This document shows positions 21,747 through 31,936 of a stretch of DNA of 64,000 nt, one piece after another. Position 1 is the stretch's first letter. Each line of letters begins with the position of its first letter. The stretch is from Candidatus Woykebacteria bacterium (GTDB lineage Bacteria; Patescibacteriota; Microgenomatia; Woykebacterales; RBG-16-39-9b). Both the position numbers and the translations under genes were made by a program. Location of the stretch: positions 33,619 through 97,618 of the forward strand of contig JBBDPM010000001.1 of NCBI GenBank assembly GCA_040876345.1, in the 5' to 3' direction. Below the pieces are notes generated by a model. The model had not been told where the DNA came from, made no database searches, and saw only the letters and a list, made by a program, of their open reading frames with translations.

Positions 21747-22288
21747 ATATCTTGATTTTTGGTGTTCAAGGATCGGGCAAAAGCACTATCGGCAAATATA
21801 CCGCTGAAAAATTAAATATACCTTTCATTGCGACTGGAGATATATTTAGGAATCTTCGGGAAGAGGGTTCTTCATTGGGAAAGCTGGTCAAAGAAAAAAT
21901 AGATGAAGGATTCCTTGTGCCAGATGGCCCAACGATGGAAATTGTAAATAAAAGATTGGCCAACGAAGATGCAGAGACAGGATTTGTTTTGGACGGAGCC
22001 CCTCGCAATTTAGAGCAAGTTAAGATGCTCAAAAAATCAGTTGATCTGGCCATAATGGTCGCTCTGGATAAAAACGAAGCTCTAAAAAGACTGTTTTCTA
22101 GAGGTCGGGTCGATGACACTCAGGAGGCAATAAATAAAAGGTTCGCCTGGTATGAGGAACAAACCAAACCAGTAATAAGTTACTATAAAGATAGGGGAGT
22201 AAAAATAATTGAAATAGACAATACTCCTGCTGAAGACACAGTTAGAAAAAACTTAGATGATTTACTTAAAGAGCTCAAAAGAGATTGA
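21743..22288 (+). CDS. adk: adenylate kinase, short form lacking Zn-binding LID insert
   Basis: 181 aa; P-loop GVQGSGKST. Confidence 0.93.
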   Translation: MNILIFGVQGSGKSTIGKYTAEKLNIPFIATGDIFRNLREEGSSLGKLVKEKIDEGFLVPDGPTMEIVNKRLANEDAETGFVLDGAPRNLEQVKMLKKSVDLAIMVALDKNEALKRLFSRGRVDDTQEAINKRFAWYEEQTKPVISYYKDRGVKIIEIDNTPAEDTVRKNLDDLLKELKRD

Positions 22289-23003
22289 AATAATGAGACA
22301 AGCCGGCAGAATAGCTGCCCAGGCTCTCTCTGAAGTTGAAAAGCACATTAAAATTGGAACAAATATAAAAGAATTAGACGAAATAGCCGAAAAAGTAATA
22401 GATGATATGGGAGCAGAGGCCTCCTTTAAAAAAGTTGCCGGTTACAAATATTGCATTTGTGCTACACCAAACGCTCAAGTTGTCCATGGTATACCAGGTG
22501 ATTACACTTTGAAAGGCGGGGATATTGTCGGTGTTGATTTAGGAGCCTATTATAAGGGTTATCATTCCGACATGGCTCATACTTACTCAGTCGGCAAGGT
22601 AGATTCAAAAAAGGTAAAGTTTCTTGAAACTGGTAAAAAAGCCCTTTTTGAAGCAATAAAAGAGGCAAAAGTTGGTAATAAAATTGGCGATATTGGTAAC
22701 AAAATTCAGACCATGGTTGAGGAGTCTGGTTATTCAGTTGTGAAAGAATTGGTCGGTCACGGCGTTGGCAAAGATTTACACGAGGATCCTTTGGTTCCTG
22801 GTATTGGTAAGAAAGGTACGGGACCAGTGCTTAAAGAGGGAATGGTGCTAGCGATTGAGGTTATTTACAATATGGGCAAGAGAAACGTGGTTTTACTGGA
22901 GGATGGTTGGACTATAACTACTAGAGACGACAGTCTATCCGGTCTTTTTGAGAGAACAATAGCGGTGACTAAAAAAGGGCCTGTAGTATTGACCAAACTT
23001 TAA
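22257..23003 (+). CDS. map: methionine aminopeptidase type I
   Basis: 248 aa; pita-bread fold metal ligands (D, D, H, E, E positions). Confidence 0.93.
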   Translation: MIYLKSSKEIEIMRQAGRIAAQALSEVEKHIKIGTNIKELDEIAEKVIDDMGAEASFKKVAGYKYCICATPNAQVVHGIPGDYTLKGGDIVGVDLGAYYKGYHSDMAHTYSVGKVDSKKVKFLETGKKALFEAIKEAKVGNKIGDIGNKIQTMVEESGYSVVKELVGHGVGKDLHEDPLVPGIGKKGTGPVLKEGMVLAIEVIYNMGKRNVVLLEDGWTITTRDDSLSGLFERTIAVTKKGPVVLTKL

Positions 23004-23036
23004 TTTTAGTGTAAAATTAGTGGGTTTGAAGTTTAT

Positions 23037-23273
23037 ATGCAAAAAGAAAATATTGAAGTCAAAGGTGTAGTAGTTGAGTCGTTGCCCAATACGTTGTTTA
23101 GGGTTGAGGTAGATAAAAGTGCCCCGGAGATGCTTTCTGGTAAGATTCTACTTTGTCATGTAGCCGGGAAAATGCGAATGCACTACATAAGGATTTTACC
23201 CGGGGACAAGGTAAGAGTTGAAGTTACACCTTACGATTTGGATAAGGGAAGGATAGTTTACAGAGACAAGTAA
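23037..23273 (+). CDS. infA: translation initiation factor IF-1
   Basis: 78 aa S1-like OB fold, canonical IF-1. Confidence 0.94.
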   Translation: MQKENIEVKGVVVESLPNTLFRVEVDKSAPEMLSGKILLCHVAGKMRMHYIRILPGDKVRVEVTPYDLDKGRIVYRDK

Positions 23274-23304
23274 TATACATAAACACTCTGTGATTTAAGT
23301 TTAA

Positions 23305-23418
23305 ATGAAAGTTCAAGCATCAATTAAAAAACGCTGTAATAAATGTAAAATCGTTAAGAGACGTGGAGTTTTATACGTTATTTGTGATAATCCACGGCAT
23401 AAACAGCGTCAGGGTTAA
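23305..23418 (+). CDS. rpmJ: 50S ribosomal protein L36 (not in ORF track; <60 aa)
   Basis: translated by hand: [38 protein letters not shown]-x2-C...C...H zinc ribbon, canonical position infA-rpmJ-rpsM. Confidence 0.9.
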   Translation: MKVQASIKKRCNKCKIVKRRGVLYVICDNPRHKQRQG

Positions 23419-23475
23419 ACCCTGTTTACTGCTTGGGGTCCGGTAAAATCGAGACTAGAGCAGACAAGGAAATTT

Positions 23476-23880
23476 ATGGCTAGAATTGCAGGAATAGAAA
23501 TGCCCGGAAACAAAAAAATATTATTTGCCCTCCCCTATATTTTTGGGATTGGTAGAACTCGTTCGCAGGAAATAATAGCGAAAGCAAATATTGATGAAAA
23601 TAAAAGAGTCCGCGAACTAACTGAAGAAGAGCTTTCTAAAATACAAAAGCTTGTCGATAATTATCCGATTGAAGGAGATTTGAGGCGGCAAATTCAACAA
23701 AATATCAGAAGAATTGAAGAAATAGGAACGTATCGCGGGACAAGACATAAGAAAGGCTTGCCAGTGAGAGGGCAAAGAACAAGAAGCAACGCTCGAACTA
23801 AAAGGGGTAAAAGGGTTACTATCGGAGCAATTAAGAAAGAGCAGCTGCAGAAAATGCAGAAACCCCCTGGAGCCAAATAA
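23476..23880 (+). CDS. rpsM: 30S ribosomal protein S13
   Basis: 134 aa canonical S13. Confidence 0.96.
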   Translation: MARIAGIEMPGNKKILFALPYIFGIGRTRSQEIIAKANIDENKRVRELTEEELSKIQKLVDNYPIEGDLRRQIQQNIRRIEEIGTYRGTRHKKGLPVRGQRTRSNARTKRGKRVTIGAIKKEQLQKMQKPPGAK

Positions 23881-24251
23881 TGCCAAAAAAGAAAGTTCTT
23901 AAAGAAGTAAAAGAAGGAAAAGTTTTTGTTAACGCTACCTTTAATAATACAATTGTAACCATCACTGACATGGGTGGTAACGCCTTGGGTTGGAGCAGCG
24001 CTGGTAAAGTTGGATTTAAGGGAGCCCGTAAATCCACACCTTACGCGGCCACTACCGCCGTGGAGAATTTAGCCAAGAAGGTTCAAGAGAGGGGCTTAAG
24101 AGAAGTTGAAGTTTATATAAAAGGTCCAGGATCTGGTCGGGACGCTACTATTAAAGCCCTTAAAAATAGTGGCCTATCCATTAGGGCAATAGCGGATGTT
24201 ACCCCCATACCTCACAATGGGCCAAGACCAAGAAAGAAACGAAGGATTTAA
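23880..24251 (+). CDS. rpsK: 30S ribosomal protein S11
   Basis: 123 aa canonical S11. Confidence 0.96.
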   Translation: MPKKKVLKEVKEGKVFVNATFNNTIVTITDMGGNALGWSSAGKVGFKGARKSTPYAATTAVENLAKKVQERGLREVEVYIKGPGSGRDATIKALKNSGLSIRAIADVTPIPHNGPRPRKKRRI

Positions 24252-24253
24252 AA

Positions 24254-24883
24254 ATGGGTAGATATTTAGGACCAAAATTTAAATTAGACCGCCGGGAAGG
24301 TACAAACCTTTTCCTTAAGGGAAAGAGAAGTTTGAGCCCAAAGCACCCAATTGAAAAAAAGGGGGCGGTGCCACCTGGACAACACGGGCAAAGATCCTTG
24401 AGGAGAAAGTTTTCTGATTACGGTCTTCAGCTTCGCGAGAAACAAAAAGTCAAGAGAATGTACGGTCTTTTGGAAAGGCAGTTTAGAAAATATTACAAGG
24501 AAGCGGCTAAGAAAAAAGGGGAAACAGGGGTGGCACTTTTGCAGAAATTAGAAACAAGGCTTGATAACGTGATTTATAGACTTGGATTTACAATGTCAAG
24601 AGCGCAAGCAAGACAACTTGTCTCCCACCGCCATGTTTTAGTTAATGAAAAAAAGGTTAACATCCCTTCTTACGCGGTTAAAATTGGTGAAGTGGTTACG
24701 ATTTCAGATAAAGCTCAGAAGTTTAATTTGGTTAAAGAAGCGCATGAGATAGTGGATAAAGAGTCGCTACCAAAGTGGCTTGAAAAGAAGGGACTTTCAG
24801 GAAAAATGAAAAGGCTTCCCGACCGGGAAGAAATAGGAGCTAATATTAACGATCAATTAATAGTAGAGTTTTACTCCAGGTAG
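24254..24883 (+). CDS. rpsD: 30S ribosomal protein S4
   Basis: 209 aa canonical S4. Confidence 0.96.
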   Translation: MGRYLGPKFKLDRREGTNLFLKGKRSLSPKHPIEKKGAVPPGQHGQRSLRRKFSDYGLQLREKQKVKRMYGLLERQFRKYYKEAAKKKGETGVALLQKLETRLDNVIYRLGFTMSRAQARQLVSHRHVLVNEKKVNIPSYAVKIGEVVTISDKAQKFNLVKEAHEIVDKESLPKWLEKKGLSGKMKRLPDREEIGANINDQLIVEFYSR

Positions 24884-24933
24884 AGAGTAAAATTAATGAT
24901 TCTGACTCCTGTAGGAGTCAAGAAGGAGGTTTT

Positions 24934-25836
24934 ATGGTAGATAAAGTTAGAGTTGCCGTTTCCGGTAACTCAAATGAGGGGACACTTATAATTGAGCCGC
25001 TCCCCCAAAGTTATGGTGTCACACTAGGAAACTCTTTGAGAAGGGTTCTTTTAACTTCCCTTCCAGGAGCAGCTATAACCCAAGTTAAAATGGATGGGGT
25101 TACTCATGAGTACTCCACAGTTAAGGGGGTTAAAGAAGATGTTGTGGAAATATTACTAAATCTAAAAAGGGTTAGGCTAAAAATTGACTCCGACAAACCC
25201 GTAAAGCTCTCTATAGAGGAAAAAGGTCCAAAAGAAGTTTTAGCAAAAGATATAAAGGTTCCCGCTGGTGTTAAAATTTCAAACCCAGATCATCACATCG
25301 CGTCTCTGGCTGATTCAAAAACAAAGATAAATATGGAACTCAAGGCCGAAAACGGATTTGGGTATGTGCCGGTGGAGAGCAGACGAAGTTTGGGAGTAGG
25401 CGTGATACCCCTTGATGCAACTTTCGGCCCGGTTACTAAGGTTAACTACAAGGTTGAAGCTACCCGTGTTGGTCAGATCACAAACTTTGATAAGTTAATT
25501 ATCCACGTCACGACAGATGGTACCGTTTTTCCACAGGAAGCGGTGAAACAAGCGTCAAAGATCTTGACCGACTACTTCGACGTACTAGTTGAACAAAAAA
25601 AGCCGACAAAGGAGGAAAAGGAAGATAAATCAGCCCGGCCAAAGATCGAAAAAGATGCTCTTGTCGAGGAATTGGAACTTTCCACCAGGATTACAAATTC
25701 ACTTCGGAACGCGGGTATTGATACAGTCGAAAAACTCCTAGAAACACCCAAGGAAGAATTAGTCAAGTTAAAAAATATGGGCGCCAAATCAATTAGCGAC
25801 ATTGAAGAAAAGATTAAGGAAAAAGGTTTGTCCTAA
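24934..25836 (+). CDS. rpoA: DNA-directed RNA polymerase subunit alpha
   Basis: 300 aa; NTD dimerisation + CTD. Confidence 0.95.
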   Translation: MVDKVRVAVSGNSNEGTLIIEPLPQSYGVTLGNSLRRVLLTSLPGAAITQVKMDGVTHEYSTVKGVKEDVVEILLNLKRVRLKIDSDKPVKLSIEEKGPKEVLAKDIKVPAGVKISNPDHHIASLADSKTKINMELKAENGFGYVPVESRRSLGVGVIPLDATFGPVTKVNYKVEATRVGQITNFDKLIIHVTTDGTVFPQEAVKQASKILTDYFDVLVEQKKPTKEEKEDKSARPKIEKDALVEELELSTRITNSLRNAGIDTVEKLLETPKEELVKLKNMGAKSISDIEEKIKEKGLS

Positions 25837-25838
25837 AT

Positions 25839-26378
25839 ATGATTCACCGAGTTTCAGCCCGAAAATTAGGTAGAGGAACAAAAGAACGGAAAGCTTTGCT
25901 TAAGAGCTTAGCAAATTCGGTTGTTCTTTACGAAAAAATTACCACCACAGAGGCAAAGGCAAAAGCAGTTAGACCTTTTTTGGAAAAGCTGGTAACCGTT
26001 GCTAAGGAAGACAGTCTAACAGCGAGAAGAAGATTAACTGCTAAACTCGGGTTTGAAAACTCAGTTAGGAAACTACTTGAGGTAGTCGGTCCCACGTTCA
26101 AAGAAAGACCAGGTGGCTATCTTCGCCTCACCAAACTCGGCCCCAGAGCGGGTGATTCAGCCCCAATGGTAGTAGTGGAATTTGTTGAGGCTTTGAAATT
26201 ACCCAAGATCGTAGCCAAGGAGAATGTTAGAGTCAAGAAAAGTGAGACTAAAAAAGTAGAAGTTAAGAAAAGAGCTAGTAAGAAGGTAGAAGAAACAAAG
26301 AAACCTGTTAAAAAAACTAAAACTGCCCTGAAGAAACCGGTAAATGAAAAAGGAAGAAGTAAAAAAACAACAAAATAA
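25839..26378 (+). CDS. rplQ: 50S ribosomal protein L17 with lysine-rich C-terminal extension
   Basis: 179 aa; L17 core then K-rich tail. Confidence 0.94.
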   Translation: MIHRVSARKLGRGTKERKALLKSLANSVVLYEKITTTEAKAKAVRPFLEKLVTVAKEDSLTARRRLTAKLGFENSVRKLLEVVGPTFKERPGGYLRLTKLGPRAGDSAPMVVVEFVEALKLPKIVAKENVRVKKSETKKVEVKKRASKKVEETKKPVKKTKTALKKPVNEKGRSKKTTK

Positions 26379-26817
26379 TATTGGAAAGGCCGAAGGTGCA
26401 ACTTCCATCAAAGAAGCAAGCAGCCGAGGTTGGTATTTAGTTGATGCTCGAAATCAAATTTTGGGAAGGCTCGCCACAAGAGTGGCTAAGCTTTTGATGG
26501 GAAAGGATAAAGTGGCATTTGCTAGATACAAAGATATGGGAGACTCTGTTGTGATAGTTAATTCTTCCAAGGTGGCAGTTTCTGGTGCTAAAGAACAAGA
26601 TAAAAAGTACTATCGTTACTCAGGCTATCCGGGTGGGTTAAAAGAAACCACCTTAGCCAAACTCAGGGAAAAAAAGCCTGAGGAACTTATTTATCATGCA
26701 GTTTCCGGAATGCTGCCAAAAAATCGTTTGGGAAAAAGTATAATAAAAAATCTCTATGTTTATCCAAAAGATAAACACTCCCATGAAGCCCAGAAACCAC
26801 AGGAGGTGGAAATATAA
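26344..26817 (+). CDS. rplM: 50S ribosomal protein L13 with N-terminal extension (overlaps rplQ tail)
   Basis: 157 aa; WYLVDA...LGRLA L13 core. Confidence 0.93.
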   Translation: MKKEEVKKQQNNIGKAEGATSIKEASSRGWYLVDARNQILGRLATRVAKLLMGKDKVAFARYKDMGDSVVIVNSSKVAVSGAKEQDKKYYRYSGYPGGLKETTLAKLREKKPEELIYHAVSGMLPKNRLGKSIIKNLYVYPKDKHSHEAQKPQEVEI

Positions 26818-27296
26818 TGCTCAGGAAAAAAACTCCCCCCGAAGAGGTAGTTGAAGAAAAAGCTGAAAAAACCAAAGAAGTTGTTAAGAAAAGTGATGCG
26901 AAAAAAGCCGAATTTTTTCAAGGTACGGGTAGACGCAAAGAAGCTGTCGCCCGTGTTCGGCTATTTCTTAAAAAGGGAGAACTTTTGATTAATGAGAAAC
27001 CCATAGATGACTATTTCCCAGACGCAGTTGCTAAAAAAATATATGAGGAGCCGCTGCGGGTGGTGAATCGACTCGGACAGCTTTCCGGAACCATAAAAAT
27101 TGAAGGTGGTGGTAAGAATGGCCAAATTGGCGCCGTCTCTCTTGGTATTGCCAGAGCCCTTGTCGATCTTGATGAGAGCTTTCGGCCTATCCTTTCAAGA
27201 AAAAATCTTCTCAGCCGCGATCCAAGGGTAAAAGAACGCCGCAAATTCGGACACGCTGGGAAAGCGCGCAAAATGAAGCAATCCCCAAAGCGTTAG
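26817..27296 (+). CDS. rpsI: 30S ribosomal protein S9
   Basis: 159 aa; C-terminal GKARKMKQSPKR. Confidence 0.95.
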   Translation: MLRKKTPPEEVVEEKAEKTKEVVKKSDAKKAEFFQGTGRRKEAVARVRLFLKKGELLINEKPIDDYFPDAVAKKIYEEPLRVVNRLGQLSGTIKIEGGGKNGQIGAVSLGIARALVDLDESFRPILSRKNLLSRDPRVKERRKFGHAGKARKMKQSPKR

Positions 27297-27298
27297 TT

Positions 27299-27493
27299 CT
27301 AATATTTATTGTGAAAGATAAATTGGTAAAGAAAGAGAACTCCGACCACCCCAGGTAGAAGGGCAAGAAGTTGGAAGAAACGCACAGGTATTTGAGCAAT
27401 TAGAAGGGCCAGTAAAAGAAAGAGAAATCCCCAAACAAAAGTTGGAATTCTTTTTAGCACCAACCAATCAATTTGACGAAACCATTCTCCCAT
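27299..27493 (-). CDS. small hypothetical membrane protein (2 TM)
   Basis: 64-aa hydrophobic ORF, no competing ORF. Confidence 0.4.
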   Translation of the reverse strand: MGEWFRQIDWLVLKRIPTFVWGFLFLLLALLIAQIPVRFFQLLALLPGVVGVLFLYQFIFHNKY

Positions 27494-27528
27494 TTACTAA
27501 GTATATCAGATAAGTTTACTTCGATTTT

Positions 27529-28365
27529 CTATAGTTTAAACTTTCCTCTGTGTTTAATTTCATCGACAACGATTTTTATCATTTCTTTATATTGATAGAC
27601 AGGCAAATCTAACTCCTTCAATTTTCCTAAATCCTCAGTTATTAGTTTGCTGTATTGTTGATCTTCAAAAGACGTAACCTTGATATCAAAAGTAGAAATA
27701 ATGTCCTTGGCTATATCATATCTACTTTTTATCTCATCTACCGCTACTGGTGTTGTTTCTTTATTAATATCGCGCTCTATGGATAAAGATATAACTTCAC
27801 TTAAATGACCAATGTAAGTCGGTTGGTATCTCCTAGTGGATTCGGCGGGAAACTCGTTCAATTGTTTATCGATGCTTTCAATTATATGATTAAAAAAGTT
27901 GTCAGTTTCTGTCTGAGGGCTACAACCAATAATTACCGAAGGTCTAATTATTAGGTATTTATCCACTGTTGATTTAATAATCTCCTCACTTTGCTTCTTT
28001 GTATATCCGTAAAAATAGTCTGGATTGTTTGCAGCAAACGAAGAAATAAAAATAATTTTTGAACCAATACTCTTGGCCGCATCAACGACATATTTAGTTG
28101 CATCTATATTTATTTTCCTGGCTAAATCTTCATGATCTTGGCACCATTTCCTATTTGCATTGGCAGCTGCGTGAATTATTATGCTTGGTTGAACTTTTCT
28201 TATTAGTTCCCTTACGTCATTTTGGTTTGTTGTATCTAATTTGATAAACTCGCTATAAAGGCGGGTTCTGTTATAGGTGCCTACCACCTCAAATTTATTT
28301 CTTAGATCTAGAAAAAGTCTAGCTTCAAGGTACCCACTTGCACCAGTTAGTAGTATTTTTTTCAT
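27529..28365 (-). CDS. NAD-dependent epimerase/dehydratase family protein (RmlD-like reductase)
   Basis: 278 aa; N-terminal Rossmann ILLTGASGYL; leaderless-type promoter TGCTAAAAT 6 nt upstream of ATG. Confidence 0.7.
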   Translation of the reverse strand: MKKILLTGASGYLEARLFLDLRNKFEVVGTYNRTRLYSEFIKLDTTNQNDVRELIRKVQPSIIIHAAANANRKWCQDHEDLARKINIDATKYVVDAAKSIGSKIIFISSFAANNPDYFYGYTKKQSEEIIKSTVDKYLIIRPSVIIGCSPQTETDNFFNHIIESIDKQLNEFPAESTRRYQPTYIGHLSEVISLSIERDINKETTPVAVDEIKSRYDIAKDIISTFDIKVTSFEDQQYSKLITEDLGKLKELDLPVYQYKEMIKIVVDEIKHRGKFKL

Positions 28366-28411
28366 GTTTGGATTTTAGCATTTTAGTGTTAAAATATCAC
28401 TCTAGCGATTA

Positions 28412-28771
28412 ATGTTTCCTCACAGACTCGAAAGGGCACCTATGTTATTATTAATTGAAGATAAAATTTCTGATAAAGATCTAAAAAAGGTCGCTGAGGA
28501 TTTCGACGGTTATGTTAAAGTGGTTGTTGATGTTGATAGAGAAATTCTAACCGCTGGTGGCAAACAACATGTTGAAGGTGAGGAATTGCTTTTGCAGGGC
28601 GGTAGTAGACAAGATAATCTTTGGGGAGGTGGTTTAGATTTGGAGACTGGAGAGATAGATTTTGATTCAATGATAAACCTTCGGCCCAACCAAGATAATT
28701 CTAGTCGTGAAGTCTTAAATCAAAAATTAAGAGAAAAAATTACTGAAATTGTACAAAAGTTGTTGGTATGA
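28412..28771 (+). CDS. conserved hypothetical protein (DUF5674-like); start may be 28442 (MLLLIED) after SD AAAGGG
   Basis: 119-aa ORF; acidic, widespread small CPR-type protein pattern. Confidence 0.5.
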   Translation: MFPHRLERAPMLLLIEDKISDKDLKKVAEDFDGYVKVVVDVDREILTAGGKQHVEGEELLLQGGSRQDNLWGGGLDLETGEIDFDSMINLRPNQDNSSREVLNQKLREKITEIVQKLLV

Positions 28772-29052
28772 ATGCTAAGGATCTAACTTTAAACATTGCC
28801 GTGAATTTAGGTAGACTCGGCCGTTGGGTAGATGAAGGAAAAACCTCTCGAGTAGCTATTTTTTTGGAGGAGACAGAGTTTTATCTGACAAATCTAGAAA
28901 AGGTTGAGAAAAATACACGCTTCCAGAGAACTTTCGAAGCATTTAAAATTAGCTTCCTGGCCTTAAAAAACAATCATGTATACGATCAAAATTGGGCTGA
29001 GGAAGCCTTGACCTGGGCGAATATCCTCCAACATAGAGCAAAATTAGCTTAA
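28768..29052 (+). CDS. hypothetical protein
   Basis: 94-aa ORF coupled (ATGA overlap) to upstream gene. Confidence 0.45.
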   Translation: MNAKDLTLNIAVNLGRLGRWVDEGKTSRVAIFLEETEFYLTNLEKVEKNTRFQRTFEAFKISFLALKNNHVYDQNWAEEALTWANILQHRAKLA

Positions 29053-29104
29053 ATCTGGCTGGCCTTGCTGGAACAATATTGGATTTCACGCTAAAAATGC
29101 TAGA

Positions 29105-29533
29105 ATGACAGCAGTGAAGAACGATTGTCCTTTTTGTGAATTTAATGAAGATAGAGTTTTGAAGGAAGGTAAACACTCCTATGTTATTTTTAGCAATCCG
29201 CGTCTAATGCCCGGACACTTACTAGTGATAACTCGAAGGCACATTCAAAGGCTTTCACAGATGAACAATGAAGAGCGAGACGAGGTTTTAAATTTTGTAA
29301 CAGAATTTGAAGAAAGGATCTTAGAAAAGCTATCTAAAGGCTGTGATATTCGCCAAAATTTTAAGCCTTACGTGGAAAATAGCAAGACGCACATCAAGCA
29401 TTTTCATTTCCACCTAAATCCAAGAGTTTTTGAAGATGAGCTATATGAAAAAGCAGATGTCTACAGAAAACCTTTGTATAAAGAATTGACGGGAGAAGAA
29501 AGAGATAAGATCGCCAAGTTATTGATTGGTTAG
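29105..29533 (+). CDS. HIT-family (histidine triad) nucleotide hydrolase; functional start may be GTG 29114
   Basis: HIT motif HFHFHLNP; CPFCEF zinc-ribbon-like N-term; promoter module TGCTAGAAT overlaps annotated ATG. Confidence 0.8.
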   Translation: MTAVKNDCPFCEFNEDRVLKEGKHSYVIFSNPRLMPGHLLVITRRHIQRLSQMNNEERDEVLNFVTEFEERILEKLSKGCDIRQNFKPYVENSKTHIKHFHFHLNPRVFEDELYEKADVYRKPLYKELTGEERDKIAKLLIG

Positions 29534-30043
29534 ATTTATCCTCAGACTTGCCAAATTAACCCCAATTCGAATATCTATGTAATTGCCGTTGACGTTTCCA
29601 TCACCATTTACCCAAATTTGTTCAGAAATCGCTTTGTAAACTCTTCTCGGCATTGTTCCCAAAAATTGGTTTGGGGTGTGGGATTTTTTGTTCACTCTAC
29701 CATCAAGATACTTAAGGGCGTTCCTCACCTCCTTCTCATCTTTTATCTCGTAGGCTTTTGCTTGGATGTAAACTCCTTCGCCAGCACCTTCTTGCACAGT
29801 TGAGTCATAAATTACCAAAAAGACTTGATTGTTTTCTTTGATGTTTTTTGAATGTTGTGCGTTTTGATCCGAAGCCCAAAAGAAATTGAGATTTTTATCA
29901 TGTGCAGAAAATACAGGAGAGTTCCAAGGAATGTTATTATTAGACACTGACGCAATCGTAATATATCGGATACTTTCAATTATTCTTTTGGCTATTTGTT
30001 CAGGGGTTTCTTGCATATTTTTACCAAGTCTCCTCTGAAACAT
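29519..30043 (-). CDS. pyridoxamine 5'-phosphate oxidase-like FMN-binding split-barrel protein (general stress protein 26-like)
   Basis: 174 aa; split-barrel pattern and length. Confidence 0.5.
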   Translation of the reverse strand: MFQRRLGKNMQETPEQIAKRIIESIRYITIASVSNNNIPWNSPVFSAHDKNLNFFWASDQNAQHSKNIKENNQVFLVIYDSTVQEGAGEGVYIQAKAYEIKDEKEVRNALKYLDGRVNKKSHTPNQFLGTMPRRVYKAISEQIWVNGDGNVNGNYIDIRIGVNLASLRINLTNQ

Positions 30044-30392
30044 CTAAAGGGTTTATCTGCATCTCCTCTTCTGTCACACTATTTGCTAATCCATATTCCA
30101 CTGCTTTTGAGAAGTCATCTTTACCCAAAAGAAACTTCTTTTCAGAAAAGACAACAATAAGCTGTGATTTATTTGGGTCCTCATGGTAAAGATGAGTATA
30201 GTAAGGGTAAATAATCTTCTCCTCAAGTAAATCAGCTAAACTAGGCGCCTCATCTTCCGGTACTTCAACCTTTAACATTCTTGACTCTCTATCCGTTCCT
30301 TCGGCAAACGTGGTTTCAGAAAGAACCTTGTACTTATCCAAGACGTTTTTATCTTTTAGAGAATTCTCAATTATAATCCAACGATAATTCAT
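30021..30392 (-). CDS. hypothetical protein
   Basis: 123-aa ORF, acidic. Confidence 0.4.
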   Translation of the reverse strand: MNYRWIIIENSLKDKNVLDKYKVLSETTFAEGTDRESRMLKVEVPEDEAPSLADLLEEKIIYPYYTHLYHEDPNKSQLIVVFSEKKFLLGKDDFSKAVEYGLANSVTEEEMQINPLDVSEETW

Positions 30393-30445
30393 ACTTCGAA
30401 TTTTACATCAAAAATAATAAAAAGACAGCTGTGGAGAAGGAGAGG

Positions 30446-31396
30446 TTAGTTTTGGGTGTTGGAATTGGTTTCGAGGGCTTCCTGCACCCCGGCCATATCA
30501 ATTTTTGACTTATAAAAGAAATAGCCTACTGTCCCGAAAGTAATTATTGGCGAAACCCAAGGTGGAATGTGAAAGCCAAAGCTGTCCAGTATCATAATTG
30601 TTCCTAAGAACAGAATTGAGTACATGGCTCCATTTTTTAGATATCGGTAACGTTTAATTCTTTCAATGTTACTAACAGTTAACTTTCGAAGTACCAAGGC
30701 ACCCAGACCATTTCCAATCAATATTAGGGGTACCAAAAAAGTGAAAGCAAAAGCCCCAATAACACCATCAATCGAAAAAGTGGAATCCAGAACCTCCAGA
30801 TAGGCAATCTTACTTAAATCCGACATGCTCCCGCTCAGCAATTTTTTTTCCTGTTCTTCTGCAAACTGCCGAAAGCCATGAATGATAAAGAAAGTTGTGG
30901 ATCCAACCACCGCCGCAAAAGCGAGCATTGGACTTTCGCGAAGAGCGAACCAAACGATAATTGTCAGAAGAATTGAAACTACGGCGAAAAACCAGGCCCC
31001 TTGAGCTTGGAAGAAATTTTCTCCCCGAAGACCGAAATTTTTTGGCTCAAGAAAAAGCCAATTAAAGAAGAGAAACACAAGAAAAATTCCCCCACCAAGA
31101 AGTAGCAAGGGGGACGATTGCTCAATTGCTTCCACAATGTGGGGGTCATTTGAAAAAGCAGCGGTAATTACTCCAACTGGACCAATGCTTGGGTTTGCAA
31201 GCCAAACGATAAGAAAAGGTAAAAGCCCTCGAACAACAAAAACAGCAAAAAGAAACCCCCAAAGGAGGAACCAACGACGGGCTTTTTGGCTCATTCCTCC
31301 GAGGACTTCAGCGTTGATAATAGCGTTATCAATACTCGTGATTATTTCAAATAGTGATAAGCCAAGAATAGTAAGTATTAGAAAGCCAATTTCCAT
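30446..31396 (-). CDS. integral membrane protein, TerC/DUF475-like
   Basis: 316 aa; multiple TM helices; SIDNAIINAEVL motif. Confidence 0.55.
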   Translation of the reverse strand: MEIGFLILTILGLSLFEIITSIDNAIINAEVLGGMSQKARRWFLLWGFLFAVFVVRGLLPFLIVWLANPSIGPVGVITAAFSNDPHIVEAIEQSSPLLLLGGGIFLVFLFFNWLFLEPKNFGLRGENFFQAQGAWFFAVVSILLTIIVWFALRESPMLAFAAVVGSTTFFIIHGFRQFAEEQEKKLLSGSMSDLSKIAYLEVLDSTFSIDGVIGAFAFTFLVPLILIGNGLGALVLRKLTVSNIERIKRYRYLKNGAMYSILFLGTIMILDSFGFHIPPWVSPIITFGTVGYFFYKSKIDMAGVQEALETNSNTQN

Positions 31397-31451
31397 AAAT
31401 ACGAATTATATCATATACATAATTAACTGCGGATATGGGATATAATTAAAA

Positions 31452-31616
31452 AATGAAGTTAAAACATCTTTGGTTAATTCTGGCAGCTTACGGTGTATGG
31501 TTTGCTATTTTATCAGGTTTAGTAGAAGCCTCAAACGGTAAATACTGGAAGCTTGTTTTGAGTCTCGTTCTAGGTTTATTAACGTATTGGGTAATTGAGA
31601 AAAAGATGGGTAAGTA
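31452..31616 (+). CDS. small hypothetical membrane protein (54 aa, below ORF-track cutoff)
   Basis: hand translation MKLKHLWLILAAYGVWFAILSGLVEASNGKYWKLVLSLVLGLLTYWVIEKKMGK. Confidence 0.3.
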
Positions 31617-31672
31617 ACAAACGATTTGGCGGGCCTTGTTAGACCATCTCGACTCGATCCGAGGCGGACGAT

Positions 31673-31933
31673 TTAGCTCTTATAGATATCTCTTCTATGC
31701 CCGACTCTTAAGATCTCTTGTATATTATTTTCTAAATAAAAAATTACACGATAGTTACCCACTCGCAGCCTTCGAGCTCCTTTTACTTCAAAATCTTGTA
31801 ATTGGAGAGAGTTTGCTAAGGGGTCTGTTAAAAGTTTAGTTTCAATTGCTTCTTTTATCTTTTTCTTAACAAGATTGTCTAGTTTGGAAATTTCTTTCGC
31901 CGCGTTTTTAGAATACTTGAGTTGGTAACCCAT
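31673..31933 (-). CDS. type II toxin, RelE/ParE family
   Basis: 86 aa; RVGNYRVIFY...ILRVGHRRDIY signature. Confidence 0.8.
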   Translation of the reverse strand: MGYQLKYSKNAAKEISKLDNLVKKKIKEAIETKLLTDPLANSLQLQDFEVKGARRLRVGNYRVIFYLENNIQEILRVGHRRDIYKS

Positions 31934-31936
31934 CGA

